From Podarcis melisellensis (lineage: Eukaryota): DNA of 64,000 bases. Location: NCBI GenBank assembly GCA_964234715.1, contig OZ174283.1; one strand, written 5' to 3'. Positions 48,946 through 62,540 of this stretch are shown here, one piece after another. The stretch's first letter is position 1. Each line of letters opens with the position of its first letter. The position numbers were made by a program, and so were the translations under genes. The notes below the pieces were generated by a model that saw only the letters and a program-made list of their open reading frames with translations, was not told where the DNA came from and did not search any database.

Positions 48946-51372
48946 GAATCCTTTATTACCCCAAGTAGAAATATCTTCAGTCCATTGTCTCACAAGGCTC
49001 AGTTCCTTCAGTGCAGCCAATAACTGTATAGAACTGTATGTATCCACTTTCATTTAAATGCAACATCCTTTTCTCAAGAAAAAAAGACCAAGGTGATTAT
49101 TTAGAATGATATTCTGCATGAAAAGTTTGCTACATTTGGAGCCACCCCTGGATGTAGTCTCAAATGGAGAAACGCAGGTGCTTTTTAAAAACAATAATAA
49201 TGAAAGTTTAAACACACCTCTTAATATCAATAGTTGCAGAACACAAATTACACTGAAGTAAAATCAGTGAAAAACTTCACAATCATAAAATTGAAGTGGA
49301 GCTTCGGGTACACACAAATCCTGCTCAATATAGGACATCGAGAACTACAGAATCTGCAACAGACAGGTGCCCTGACTCTACTGGTAGACCTCCAGCAGAG
49401 GAGAGTCCAACACACCTCTAGATAAGTGATTGTTATTATTAAATCCGGTGGTGGCATTTTCTTGCTCAAGGGAACTCAAAGTGACTTACAATGAAAAAGA
49501 AGTGGTTCCATTGCCATACTGCTCTTACCCTCAAGAAACTTCTCCTAAAGTTCAGCCAAAATCTCCCTCCTCTAACTTAAGCCCATGTGATGTAGTCCTG
49601 CCCTTTGGGACATCAGAAAAGCAACCTTTGGCAGTGTACACATTGCCATTTATTCCAAAGCACTCCCATTGCTCACGTTAGCCACAACTCCCGTCTATCC
49701 CGCAGTTTCCTGAGGAATACTGTTGCTTGGTGCTCCCCCCCCCCTCTTGAACCAACTTCCATCAGATTTGGAAAATGTAAGCCACATTCACTTCGCAGTC
49801 AAGCCGAGGTGTGCACATTTGAGACAGCCATTGCACACCAGCAGATGAGAGCCTCATTAATAGGAGGCTGCAGGAGCAGGGTAACTAGACAGGTAATGTG
49901 CATCAGGTGAAGTCATCCCTGCCACTTCTCTGGTGTGTACAGCAACATGCAAATGAAACTTGAAACGCAGTGGGAGAAATGGCATCGTTGCATTTTAAGC
50001 TGCTAATGTGCACATAGCCTAAGCTCTCCGCTGTATCATGACCTCCCTCAGTACTCATTGCAGGGTTTGTTTTCCATATCATTGGCCATCTTTACTGCCC
50101 ATTTCAATCCATTCTATATCCTTCTTCAAGTGTAACACCCTAGCAAGTGTAACACCGCTTTTTTAAAAAATAAAATTTAAGTAACGTTTTAAAAGGATCC
50201 ACATTTTAAATACGTGTACATCATCATTACTACTGTGAACCTCTGCACCTATCAAGTTGCCTGCTTCCAGTTTATGCTGCAGTAGTGGAAGTGTGCTAAA
50301 GAGCAAAATTTTGTCAATATGTATATCTACCCAAACCATATGGCCAGAACTAAGAAACCTTGCTTTCTTTTCTCTTAGGCATTGCAACATCTACCCACAG
50401 GGGTACTGCACAAGTGGAATTCTTGCATCCAGATAATGACTAACCATGGAGCAGGAGTCCTATGCATAAATCACATGTGCTTCCTTAGATTCCAGAAGCA
50501 AACCCAGAAGCACATCAATAATTTAAAGCCCCCAAATCCTATAAAGACTTCCATGCATGCTTAATTTGATGCACTGTGAGTAATCCCCCCTTGAATTCAA
50601 TGCAAGATGACATTGGCTCCAATCCTGCACATTTTTGTATGCATCTAGTTGTACTAATTTGGGCCATTCCATGTTGACAAATGAATATATATAAGAAACC
50701 AGTTATATAACATCCTAAGTAAAAAAAGGAGGCCAATGCAGTGTTGCTGATCAAACATAGGTATTGCCTTAATACTTAACAGAGCCGTGTGTTTGTGTGT
50801 GTGTTTTCCTGAAAATTAAACCCCACTAACAATTGGTGCCGTTTTTAAAAAAGAGAGTCTCTGTTACCTCCAGGTGATTATCATCTAGATTGTAGAACAG
50901 CTGAGCCAGTATGGTTGGTTATCTCCCACCACCTCTCCAAAGGAGACAGCCTTTTAGCTCAGAGGAGAGGAATATATACAACCACAAAAACACTGCAGGC
51001 TATTAAGTCAATATTTCAGCACAAGAACTTTCAGAACAAAATCATCGTATTTAAATACAATGAACACCAAGTCCATTAACCAGTGCAAAATTCAACACCC
51101 CATGAAGCAATCTAGGTTCAATTAAACCTCAGTGTACATATTTAGCTGTATCATTAACAAGTGTGAACGCTTTCCAAAGAGAGAAGAATACAGAGGGATG
51201 TGCCAGATGGCACTGCACTTAATAGCTTTTCTCAAAAAACAAAAAACCAACCCTCAAAATTCTCTAATATTTAGAGTATACTCTAGCCAATACATCTGAG
51301 CTTCATTTGCATTTTAAGGAGTCTGATGAACGCACTTTCATTTGAGCCTAATTAAATAAAAGAAGACGAGGA

Positions 51373-51373
<1 letters not shown>

Positions 51374-51415
<42 letters not shown>

Positions 51416-51417
51416 TC

Positions 51418-51446
<29 letters not shown>
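51374..51446. repeat. (CT)n(CA)n compound microsatellite at the CpG island edge
   Basis: Read directly; about 70 nt into the intron after the exon 1C donor. Confidence 0.95.
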
Positions 51447-51448
<2 letters not shown>

Positions 51449-51515
51449 AGTGCCTCCTCTAACTTTTCTGACAATATTTGTTGTAGAAAGCCACGCTCTC
51501 CCCCCTCCCCCTTAC

Positions 51516-51960
51516 TTAAATTTGCTCCAGATTTCCGATAAGTGTGGGCCAGCAAAAACTCTGTACCACGGTTTTCGGAACCTCCTCGCAACTAAGAGAG
51601 ATTCCCCAGCAGGAACCGCAACGAGCTCGGTGTTCCTCCTAACGCCCACTTCTCCTAATGCTGAGAAGTTCTTTTAAATCTCCTTAACACAGTGTGTGTG
51701 TGTGTTCAGGGTAGCATCCGCACTTCCTTTGAGAGCGAGCTCTTTCTCTCTTCGGTGCCCAAAGTAACCACCCGGAATGCCACGTTTCCAATGCATCAGC
51801 CGCCGCCGCCGCCAGGAAGGAAGATCCTGCGTTCTTGATGGCAAGGCGACAACCAAAACGGCGATCATCCTCTGCCTTCCTTTAAACTAACAGGATCTCT
51901 ATCGCAGCAGCAGCAACAGCAGCAGCAGCCAGCCAGTCTGCCTGCCTGCCTGCAACCCTC
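51516..51960 (-). other. Candidate alternative first exon 1C
   Basis: Donor TAA|gtaagg (GT at 51515-51514) at the downstream edge of the CpG island. UTR-like CTG and GCG triplet runs. The 5' boundary is uncertain. Confidence 0.4.
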
Positions 51961-52370
51961 ATTCACTGCAATCCCGCCTCATCTTTCCGGGCAGACGCCT
52001 CGCTTGGTACCCAGCGACAGACATCTCTCTCCTCAATAAGGGAGAGAAAAATGCACGCAGCAGAAAGACCAGGAGGACGAGAAGGGTCTCTCTTTGCGCC
52101 CCCAACCACCACCCCCATCACCGCCCTTTTTAAACTAGTTCTCCCGCCTCGCAGAGGAGGAGAAAACAACTCCAAACACGGTTCTCGCGGAAAGGGCAGG
52201 TAAGGCAAAGCCCGTCTCGAGGGTCCCAGTCGCAGCAGCAGCAGCCCCGGAGCGCCTCTCGCCTCCTCGCGCGCGCCAGGCAACGGAGCCACTGCCAGCC
52301 CCGCGACTCTCGACACCTGCTCCATTCGCCCTCGCTCGCCTGCTTCGGGGTCTCGCACCTGCCCCCGTAC

Positions 52371-52431
52371 CTTCCCTGCCTGCAGCGCCCGCCTCTTCGG
52401 ACTTGTGTTTCCCGCCCGCCTCCCGGCGAAA
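52371..52431 (-). other. Candidate 5' UTR exon 1B (internal or alternative first)
   Basis: Acceptor tttcttcctgttgcag| and donor AAG|gtacgg, with a second donor CAG|gtgcga 12 nt further on (exon end 52359). Confidence 0.4.
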
Positions 52432-52635
52432 CTGCAACAGGAAGAAACTTGAAAGGGGCTCGAGAAGCGGGGTGGGAAAACAGAGGCGACTTTCGCCTCA
52501 GACTAGCCCTCCGTCGGCGGCGGCGGCCGCAGCAGTCGCCCACCCGCGCTTGCCTAAGGCGCCCTCTCTCTCTCTCTCTCTCTCTCAGGAAACCGCCCCG
52601 GCGAAAGAGAGGGACGGGTCTGAGTTTGTTTTTAC

Positions 52636-52705
52636 CTGCGCTGCCTCCCCGCGAAGGCGCCGCTCGCCCGCCTGCCCGCCTGCGTCCGTCTCCAGTCTGT
52701 GGCAC
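52636..52705 (-). other. Candidate non-coding first exon 1A
   Basis: Lies downstream of the TATA box and ends at donor CAG|gtaaaa (GT at 52635-52634). Confidence 0.55.
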
Positions 52706-52726
52706 GCAAGGACTCCGTAGCCTCTG

Positions 52727-52735
52727 CTATTTATA
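52727..52735 (-). promoter_or_regulatory. TATA box (TATAAATAG); predicted TSS about 52705-52700
   Basis: Consensus TATAWAW in GC-rich context, about 100 nt upstream of the donor at 52635. Confidence 0.6.
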
Positions 52736-55700
52736 GTCCGCAGCTCCTCGCCAACCCCTGGCCAAGCGGGAGAGAGGAGCTGCAAGGGAAAGCAGCGGGG
52801 GCGAGACTCAGCGGGCTTCCGCGCTCTCCTGCCAGCCAGCCAGCCGGGCGGCCACCGCCAGCGCGCCTCAGAGCCTCCGCGCCGAGTCGAGGGGGCTGCT
52901 TCGCTGCAGCTGCTCGCACAAGCCAGAGGCGCAAAGCGAGGCGCGCGCGTTCCTTCCCCTCGGTAGCGCCGCCTCCCGCCAGCCGAGTCTCCGCCTCCTC
53001 TTTTTTTGCCTCCTTCCTCCAATGTCACCGCAGCTCGACGGAGGCTCCCGAGCTCTGCAGGAGGCCAACCCCAGGAGCGACGGCCGGTGCCCAAGGGCGC
53101 ACGCGCCGCAAGAGACGCGAGGCCGGCGCGCGATGCTCCGCTGCTTTCCCTCTCGCGCTCTCTGGCACCGCAACGCTGAGCTCAGAGGTGACCCGGGCGA
53201 GAGGCGGGCAGCAAGCAGCTGTGACTTGCCGTGCGCCTCCCGGAGTCTAGGGGGCGCTCGCTTCTTGCTGTGAGCTCCCTGGAGAACCAGAGGGTGAGAA
53301 AGAGAGAGTGCCCTCTACTGGGAACTCAAAAGGCTGCGTTTTCAGGTGGTTTCCCCTCCTCCCCTCTCAACTAGCGTCCTATCTCAGGAAGTAGGCTGGC
53401 AGCACGTTTGAAAAGAATAATAAATGAGCTGCCAAGGTTTTTGACAATTATCTGGCACATAGCCATGTTTGAAGATGCCTGCCAGAGAAAATATTGGCAA
53501 CTTTACTCACTGGTCTCATCTGAAGGATGAATGAGATAAAAGATTGTTAGAAAACCCCATAATTTTCAAAGGGTTGAGTAAATTGCAAACATGCATTTTA
53601 TTTTTCCATTATGCTTACAGTCTACTCTTATATCAGATCTCCCAAGATGTCTTCAAGTGTTTCCCTACACACTGTTAACATCACATGAGGGGAGAGAGCA
53701 GGGGTCCACCATCCTCCCCATCTTGGCTGTTGTCCCCCCCCCCCATCCATGTTGGAGGATTTACCTCTGCAGCAGGATCTTGTTCCACCCATGTAGGCTC
53801 CTGCAGGATTTTGAAGGCTGATCTTCCAGGGTTTAAAATCATACTGTAATCCGGCACATGTCAAGTAAGCTCTCCTTGGATGAATTTCGCAAGAAGGCAA
53901 GATTTGCCCTGATAGATGAGACCAGTGGCCCATCTAGTCCAGCTGTTCTCATGGTGACCAACCAGATGTCTGTGAGAAGCTTGAAATCAGGACCTCAGTG
54001 CAACAAATGACATTCAGAGGCATGCTACCTTCTACAGCCACCAACACATGGGGACCTGTGGGAGTGGTGACAGTGATGCCACAAGTGGGGCCAAGGAGTG
54101 CACCCCCACGCTCTCCTCTTGTGTAATTGCATAAGGGGTGATGCCTCACTAGGAGTGCTTCCAGACTGTCTATATTTTGCAGGGGAAACATTGAAAAACG
54201 TTGGGTGAATTAATGACCAACAGGGAGTATAAATACAGTACCCACAAGCAAATCAGAGTGCATGCAGAATTCAACGTCATATTACTGCCCAGTAAACAAA
54301 TCAAAATGAATGCTCAATATGGATCAGACACAATCGAACCACTGGGTAAACTTTGCAAAAGCAGATCAGGATAAATGCTGAGTGAACAGGTAGCCTGGAG
54401 GAGCTCTCAGTCTTCAGGAAGTTCAAGGGCCTGAACAAGTCCACACCTACAGAAATGCTACATTTTCAGCAATGCTGCAGCTGCAGATGTTCCCATATCA
54501 GTCATTGAACCCACTCTCATTCCTTCTGTTAGTAAAGTGTGTGTTTTGCGCTTGAGTGGAGAATATTGGCAGGTGACGTTAATGGGTAGAGAGCAGAACA
54601 GGGAAATATGGGAGGTCCAAATGATTCTCTGTCTCCCCCTGGTGGTATCTCAAAGGTTGTACATATGCACTACCCCTCGTACTGCCAAGGGATGTTGGCA
54701 TAGAAGGGTAGCATGGTGGTGAGAGTACTTAATTTTGGCCTGCCATTTGCTTCATTTAAGTGTGTGGTCCAAAACATGACAGCAAATTCATCTCAGAAGA
54801 CACATGGCCATTTTTAGCAGACAAACAACATGAGAGGAAAGTGCTAAAAGAAAATTGTGTGCTGATCTTTGGCTTATGTTTTGCATCTCTGCAGCTGCAT
54901 TTTGTAAAACAATAGGGACTGTTGGGCCCTTAATGGCCAGCTCCAATTTAGTAAGCTTTTTTAATGGACGGAAGCCTTGTGCCTTTAATAGGTTTATGAC
55001 TGCAGAATTGTTAGGTTCAGTCCTGCTCTCCTGCCTTCAACAATAGCCTGAGAAATTTAGCTTATCTCAGTTCTCAATCTCTGTGCTAAGAAAAGCTTCA
55101 CCTGGTAAATGTCTATATGACAAGTTGTTCTAAAGCTTCAGAAGAAGGGTCAGTAAAAGGGTGGAGAAGGGGAGCCGTAATCTATTCATTAGTAAAGGAA
55201 GATAGGCTTATTTGGAAAGGGTATCTTTGCAGTCAATCAAGTCTTCATGTCATACAATATATAGCTGAGCTTTTGACATACTCTAAGAGGGGTGTCCAAT
55301 ATCAACAAGTCTCTGAACTTGCTGCTATTGCTCAGATGCTGATGGTGGCATTGTCCAAGATGGTGGCATAGCCCTTAGACCACGATCTGCCCCATCATGT
55401 AGAAAGTGAGGATTGCACCCAATGTTCTCTATGAGAAGAGGTTATGTGGAATATTCCAACTCATGCAAAATCCAGCTGTTTGGGGTGCAGCAGATTCTTC
55501 TCCAATAGCTGTCGGTCTGTTTCAGGGCACAATTCAAAGTGCTGCTTCAGGTTATCACCCTTAAAGTCTTAGAACCAGGATACCTTATGGGTGCACCATC
55601 TCTCCTTGCAAACAACCCAATCCATTGAGTTCAGCAGGAGGTCCCCCTTTGTGTGTCCTGTCACTGTCTAAAGTGTGAGAAGTGGGAACAATGAAGCTGG

Positions 55701-57539
55701 GAAATACTGGTGTTAATTTGCAGGGTATGGGGGGCAGCTGGCTTCTTTTGCTGCTGTGATTTTATTTTGTCTTGGTTTGAGTTTGTATAATAATAACAAC
55801 AATGCAGAAGAAGAAAAGATCCTTCGTTACAATGTCCAGGATGTTAGGCTTCTTGTCCTTTGAGTTTCGTTTACCTTCCTCTTTATTTCTGTTTCAGCAA
55901 GCTTTCAAACATTTTTGTTTCCCTCCCTCTGGACTATGGCTTATTTTTTTTTAAAAAAATGCTCCTTTTCCTTGTTGTGCTACTTAAAAGGGCTTTATTG
56001 GGTGAATTATTTTTTGACTCATTGTATTAGCAGCATTGAGAGCTTTGCTAGGGAGTTGAAACAACTCATGATAAACAAATATTTAGGGGCAGCCACTTAA
56101 CTTGCCTTTTTTCTCTCCCATCACTTTTCTCCCAGGCAGCTGGATTTGTTTCCCTAAATTGACATGAAGCGTTATAGTCAGTTGGCATTGACAGATACAC
56201 ACAGAGAGATGAAAGGTGCTTCCAGAGAGAAGTTTATTGTGGAATCGGTGCCACTCATATGTGCAAACCTTCTACAGGGTCCAGACAATACTGTCATCAT
56301 CAAAACACCAGTCCATACTTGAACATTTAATCTGGATTTCCAAAAGGGAAAAATAATTCATTATGCATCTCCATTCACTTCTGATGTGGAAGGTCATTAG
56401 CACATTTGTGTGTGTGCATTTGGTTTGTCATGAGTGAGATTTTGGTGGGTGGCCTCCAATGCCACACAACCACACTTCCATTTGCCCATCACTCAAGCCC
56501 AACATAGCTGCCTTGTTTCCAATGCCAAATGAAACATACCTATTTCCATTCATTCTCACATACCAAAAGCACACCCAGTTTAGAAGTTGCATGTTCGCAA
56601 TATCTCCACACAGTAAATGCGGGGGGTTACCTGGGAGACTAATCAAATTGCATATGTTGATCTTGTACAATATCTTTTTATCACTCTTGAATTCTCATGT
56701 AAGACCTCAGTTATGAAAAACAATTTAAAAATAGATGGAAATGGGTATTGGCATTTCCCAAAGTACACAAGTCTCCATTTTGCCTGTTGTAAATCATGAT
56801 AACTGGCTTGTAAGGCTGGTAATGATAATCCTTTTGCATGTCCTTGAAAAAAATTTAAAGGCATGTATGTGCAGGTTCAAAAATGCATAGACACATACTC
56901 AGGGCAAAACAAAAAAAGTTAATGGATGATGGAGTGATTGAGGGGAGGGCCAAAAAAAACAAACACAAACCACACACACACACACACACCACAACTCAGA
57001 TACATTCCATCAAGTTCTGTCCTCTGGTGTGGCAAGCAGTGGAATAGTAACAAATACTCATGGATAATTTGTGGAAGCGAATTTAGCAAATGCACACACA
57101 GAAAAATCAGATCTAAACAACCTGTTTGGGTACAGAGAAAAAATGAGGGAGAATTCATAAAATACAATCTGATAGCAAAGCTGGAATTGTTCTGTTGTGC
57201 TAATTAATGTATCCTTGAAATATGAAACAATAATTTCAATTCAACCTTAAACAGCAAGAATCAAATTTTCCCATAAGTTCTAATTAAGCAGTTTCCCACT
57301 GGAAATACCATCTTAAATTCCTGTGTGGCTGAATGACAACTTTCAGATCAACAATAGAATGTTTTGGGGGGATAGAAAAATTGTCAAATTGGTTTCTGAA
57401 TGTTGCCATTTCTTATGTCAGATTCGGGTCCATTTATTCTTTTGTGTAAAAACTGACTTATTGGACCTTTAGAAATAAGATACTGTTGCTTATTCTATGG
57501 AATACACATTCTTTATTATGGTCCAAAGACCCAGAAACC

Positions 57540-57866
57540 CAAAGGTCAGCAAACTTTTTCAGCAGGTGGCCAGTCCACTGTCCCTCAGACCTTGTAGGGG
57601 GCCGGACTATATTTTTTTTGGGGGGGGAGGAATGAAGGAATTCCTATGCCCCACAAATAACCCAGAGATGCATTTTAAATAAAAGCACACATTCTACTCA
57701 TGTAAAAACACCAGCAGGCCCCACAAATAACCCAGAGACGCATTTTAAATAAAAGGACACATTCTACTCATGTAAAAACATGCTGATTCCCGGACCATCT
57801 GTGGGCCGGATTTAGAAGGCGATTGGCCCAGATCTGGCCCCCTGGGCCTTAGTTTGCCTACCCATG
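57540..57866. mobile_element. Non-autonomous hAT element with internal 70-bp-period duplication
   Basis: Ends caaaggtcagcaaact and agtttgcctacccatg. The duplicated unit starts at 57648 and 57718. Confidence 0.75.
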
Positions 57867-60800
57867 GAATAAGCTTTACAGCCTTTACACAATGTGCTCC
57901 AATGGTCCTTAGTGACAACTTTGCACAGAGAAACACAATGTATAAAACAGGATTCTGCAATGGCTTTCTTAGTTGCAATTCACCCACTTGCTGAAGCATT
58001 TTTGAGATGCCATAATCAAGGGGATACTTGCTTCAAAGCTTCACCTTTCCATTTGTGTGTGTGGGGGGGAAACAGTTTACAGCATGTGACAGTGTGTTAC
58101 GGGAATGTACCTGTAGAGACAGTCAGGGCACATTGCATGGAGGTTCTGTGAACCAATCCTTAAGTAACACAGAATGCCAAGGGCGGGGAATGCATTTGCC
58201 ACACGTTGCTGGAAATTATCACTTTTGGAAATTCCAATCGAGCAACATCTCCTACAAAAACCACAAAATGCTGGAAACATTAGTCAGTTCCTGGGTGGGG
58301 ATTCATATGCAGAGAGCATGTGTTTAAGGGTTTTAGTTTTCAAGGCATCAGCTTATAATGCATCAAACTCAGGATCCAGGCATCACACCTCAAGGAAGCT
58401 TTTCTACTTATGAGAGCATTTCATGAGAGCTTATGTTCTCATGCAAAGAGAAGATTCATGAAGAGAGCAGAAACCTGACTAGTGTCAAATACAGTACAAA
58501 AGAGCATCACCATGAATGAGACTTCAGAGCAATGCTGCTGAGGTGAAACTGACACAGATCATCTCCAAACTGTCTTCATATTCATCAGTTTCTGTTCCCT
58601 TGTCCTCAATCCCTCTTAGTAGGCTGAGCACTCGCATGGGTGCTGGACTGCACCTCATCTAACCTTTGAAAGAGAACAAAGCCATCACTCCCCAAGGCAA
58701 GACTAACCTCTGACATGTGGAATAGACAGAGCTTTTGAACTGGGGTTTTCAGGACTATACCATAAAAGCTAAGGCAATGTTGAGAGCACACTTTGAAGAG
58801 ATCCTCTGAATGCATGGTTCCTGGGCAGGTAAAGTGCGGCTTCTGAATTGGAATATTATTTCAGGTCTCCTTCATGCCCTCCATTTTCTCCAAAGTTTTC
58901 TCCCTTGACAAAAGATGTTTCGATTTTTTTTTGCTTCGTTCTCAAGGCACTTCAGGATTTCAGACAGTGTGAGATTTTGAGCTAGCCTTATCATTTTATT
59001 CTGTCCTCTCTTGGCCACAAAGAGGAACAGAAGCAATGGTAAGGCTTGCAGCTAGTATACCTAGCCCCAAATCTTTGAAGGAGAAGGCAGAGGTTCCCCA
59101 CTGTTGCGGAAGAAGTAATTCTCCAGGAGGGGAATGTAACAGTGATTGGGAGGCAGTATTGTGGTCATGCGACTGCAACGCATGGTGAATGTGCCTTGTA
59201 AGCACCCTACAGCTTTAAACATTTGGTGTGCTATATGTAGAGCTGGAAACTTCAGCTTCTTTTTTTGTCTGAAACCTCTTGTTAACTTCTGCTACAACCA
59301 CAATTTGACTTCAAATTACTGCTTACAGCGTCCTGAGCTAGGTTACAAGCATCTGATATTGACAGTTGGAGGAAGCTGTTAGAATGTATAATTAAACTCA
59401 CTGCTTATCTGCTTTATGCAGTCGACAGTAGTTAATATATAACTAGGGGAATGCCCATCATTATGATGTGTGAAGGTTAAAGGGAGGGCTTGTAAACTGC
59501 AATGATACATTAGATACACCCCCTCCCCAATGGGGACTTGGCTGTCAGACCACACAGTGGCAGGCATGGGGTTTTATCTATTCCAACATTCTTGCCAATT
59601 TAGAATGGCCAGCATTATTTTTTCTTGCATTTGTTCATTAGCAGTGTAGAAAACAGAGTTTAAAAGCTCTGCCTACTAAGTTCTGTGTGTCAGGCTGTTG
59701 TTAAAAGGCACAGGAACAGAGCTGGTGCCATAGCTGGCAACCATGTACCAACTGGAACACGCTTACTTTATCTGGGAGAAATAAATTCTGCCACTATTGG
59801 GGTAAGGATTAAGGGAGACCTACCTTCCCTCCCAGACACTGTGGTGAGCCGTGTCTGTGATGACAGAGGCATCCACAGGAGGCCCTCCGTTGAAGATACT
59901 AATGTATGGACAGGTGCATATGGAGACAGGCTGTTCTTTGAGTACCCAAGTCCTAAGCTCTGAAGTGATCTAAATATCAAAACCAGAACTTTGAATCAGA
60001 ATCCGTCTTCATCCTGTGAGGGCTGTCCTTAAAACTATCAATAGGAAAGCAAAATAAATTATTGGTAATATAATTTAAAAGGAACAAAAAAAAGCAATGA
60101 TATTTGCCACAGTATTCCGGGAAAGTACCTTCTGCTAAAAGAGAGTCATGCGAAGAGGAACAGGGTTATGTTCCAAAGCAAATGCACGCGCCACAGCACT
60201 GGTTGTAACTACTTCACTAATGGAATGCCCTGCTATTCTGTTGGCCTTTGCTTTAGCCTCGTTTTATTTATTTTTTAGATTCTTCCAAGTCTGTGTACTC
60301 CCTCTCTGCTGGAGCACAGATCTTGCCACGTTTCTGAAAGTGGGACATAAGGGAGCAGCCTCGTAATTTACAAGCAGTCTCTCACAACCAGTGCCACAAT
60401 CCGTTATGAGATGTTGCCCTTCTGTCACTGAATTGCGGGAGGATGTGCTTTGACAGATCATGCAGAAAGGCCAAGTTTGCTTATCCAATGAGTGCTTGAT
60501 GCCTGAGAGACTTTGCAATGGATTTTTAATGGCACTAAGTGTGTTTTTGTTTCGTTGCATGTTTGATTTCAGTGTGTCGGGGGCAGGAATAAAAAAGGTG
60601 CTCTGTCTTCTTAGGTGTAAACTGTCTTTTTTGCAGCCAAGTCCCACTCAGTCTGCTTTCAGGAAGAGGCATACATTGCACAGACATGTATCAAATGCAC
60701 CCAGGAACAGCAGGGGAAACACTGGTTTAATGAAAATGAGCCGTCCAGCCACATACTTTAAAATACATATACTGAATATATTAACAACACAGAGGGAAGC

Positions 60801-60938
60801 AAACATTGAAGTCCCGTTCAAGTATTCCTTCTTCATCTAAAACTGGGGAAGGGGGGTGGAATGCTTTACCCTCTGTTATTTGATATTGCTCCCTAAAGTT
60901 ACCCTGAAACCCCTAGAATAGTGAACACATGGGATATA

Positions 60939-61416
60939 CCGTATTTTTTGCCCTATAGGGCGCACTGGCCCATAGGACGCACCTCGTTTTTTTGGGGGGG
61001 AATGAATAAAAAAGTTTATTTTCCCCCCCAGCTGTGGGGCTGGGGCGTGGGAAGCCTGATCTTCCCCCAACCCCAGCCCCCAGAACAGGCTGCTATTAGC
61101 AAGCCTTGCGAGCCCAGAGGCAACTCCCGCCTGGCTCCCAAGGCTTGCGGACACCTGCGCAAAGCACGGGGTGCCCCGTGCTTTGGGCTGCAGGCTGCTG
61201 CCCACAAGCCTTGCAAGCCCAGCAGCAACTCCCGCCGGGCTCCCAAGGTTTGCGGATAGCTTCCTGAAGCCTGGAGAGCGAGAGGGGTCAGTGCGGACCG
61301 ACGCCTCTCGCTCTCCAGGCTTCAGCAAAAGCCTGCATTCGCCCCATAGGACGCACACACATTTCCTCTTCATTTTTGGAGGGGGAAAAGTGCGTCCTAT
61401 AGGGCGAAAAATACGG
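60939..61416. mobile_element. Tc1/mariner (Tigger/pogo-like) MITE
   Basis: TIRs ccgtattttttgccctatagggcgcac and gtgcgtcctatagggcgaaaaatacgg, flanked by TA. CpG-rich, suggesting a young copy. Confidence 0.9.
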
Positions 61417-62327
61417 TAAGCAATGAAGAGTATTGATTGACCTTGCTCAGGACAAAGTCTGAGAGTGTTTGCTTTTGCTGTTGCAGTGATGGGTGAAGAG
61501 TTGTTGATATGACACATATACTACCATGGGACTGCCCACCTATCAGTCACCTGACACCATATGTTTGTGAGTGAGTGGCCACACCAACCTGTCAAAGTTA
61601 GCCCTCAGGCTAGGGAAGGAGATAAAGATTTGGCCCACCAGACAAAAAGGTTCCCCACTGCAATTTAAAATATATTCTTACTAAATTCACCAATATGGTG
61701 TGTTCACATTTCATGATAATCACAACAGAACTTTCACAATGAACTTCTCTGCTACACAAGTATGGAATAATTTCTGAAATCCATATTTTCTTGTTGTATT
61801 CTTGAGAATGGGTGAGAGTGAAAAACTTCCTTCATGGCATTGTATATATTGCACCAGTGTCTTCTGGTGCAAATCAGAAGATAATCTGTTCCGATATTAC
61901 TGGAAATGCTGATATTACAGCAACAATAGGAAACGTATCCAAACAATCTTGAAAGATTTTATAGCTGATTGGGGAACCTCTCTGCTTCCTTTCTTCCAAT
62001 CTTCCATCAGATCAGGACTGTGAATGCATATAAACGTCTCTTTAAAATGCACTTGTCTCATTTGAAGAAAAAGCAATCATAGAACAGAGTCCAAAGTCAA
62101 GAGCTGATTGTCATGCTGGGTCAGAGCCAAGGTGCCATGCAAAAATAGCAGTAGCTGGCATAAATGGATGAGGCCCAGGTTTCTAACCAGAATCAGCCAA
62201 AACAGTGAAATAGGAGCAAAGAGTCCAATATGCATAGCATACATGAAAATGTAACAAGGTGTAATTTTCTTTAGCTTCTGATCATTCATAGGATAGTACC
62301 ATTACTGGCCAATTTGAGGATGTAGAG

Positions 62328-62504
62328 CAGGGGTGGGGAACTGTTTTCAGACTAATCGCCACATCTCCTTGTGAGCAATGTTCTGGGGAGGGTGGCTGCA
62401 TGACCCTGGCATGTGGGGCCAGAGGTAAAAGTGGGTGGAGCAACACATGTGACTCTCAGCTTGGTACATTTGGTTATACTACAGCAGCCATTCAAAATCC
62501 AGAG

Positions 62505-62540
<36 letters not shown>

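Larger units (their letters stand above)
51530..53290. promoter_or_regulatory. CpG island promoter, probably of the minus-strand INPP4-family gene
   Basis: Sharp rise in GC and CpG density against a CpG-depleted background, with GC boxes and several minus-strand donors. It is the only CpG island upstream of the coding exons in this window; the link to them is inferred. Confidence 0.85.

Noticed and set aside
51963-53273. Many overlapping 100-190 aa Arg/Gly/Ala-rich ORFs
   Set aside because: Expected from stop-codon scarcity in a CpG island.
57648-57780. Direct repeats resembling an array
   Set aside because: Two-unit internal duplication of a hAT element in eukaryotic DNA; not CRISPR.
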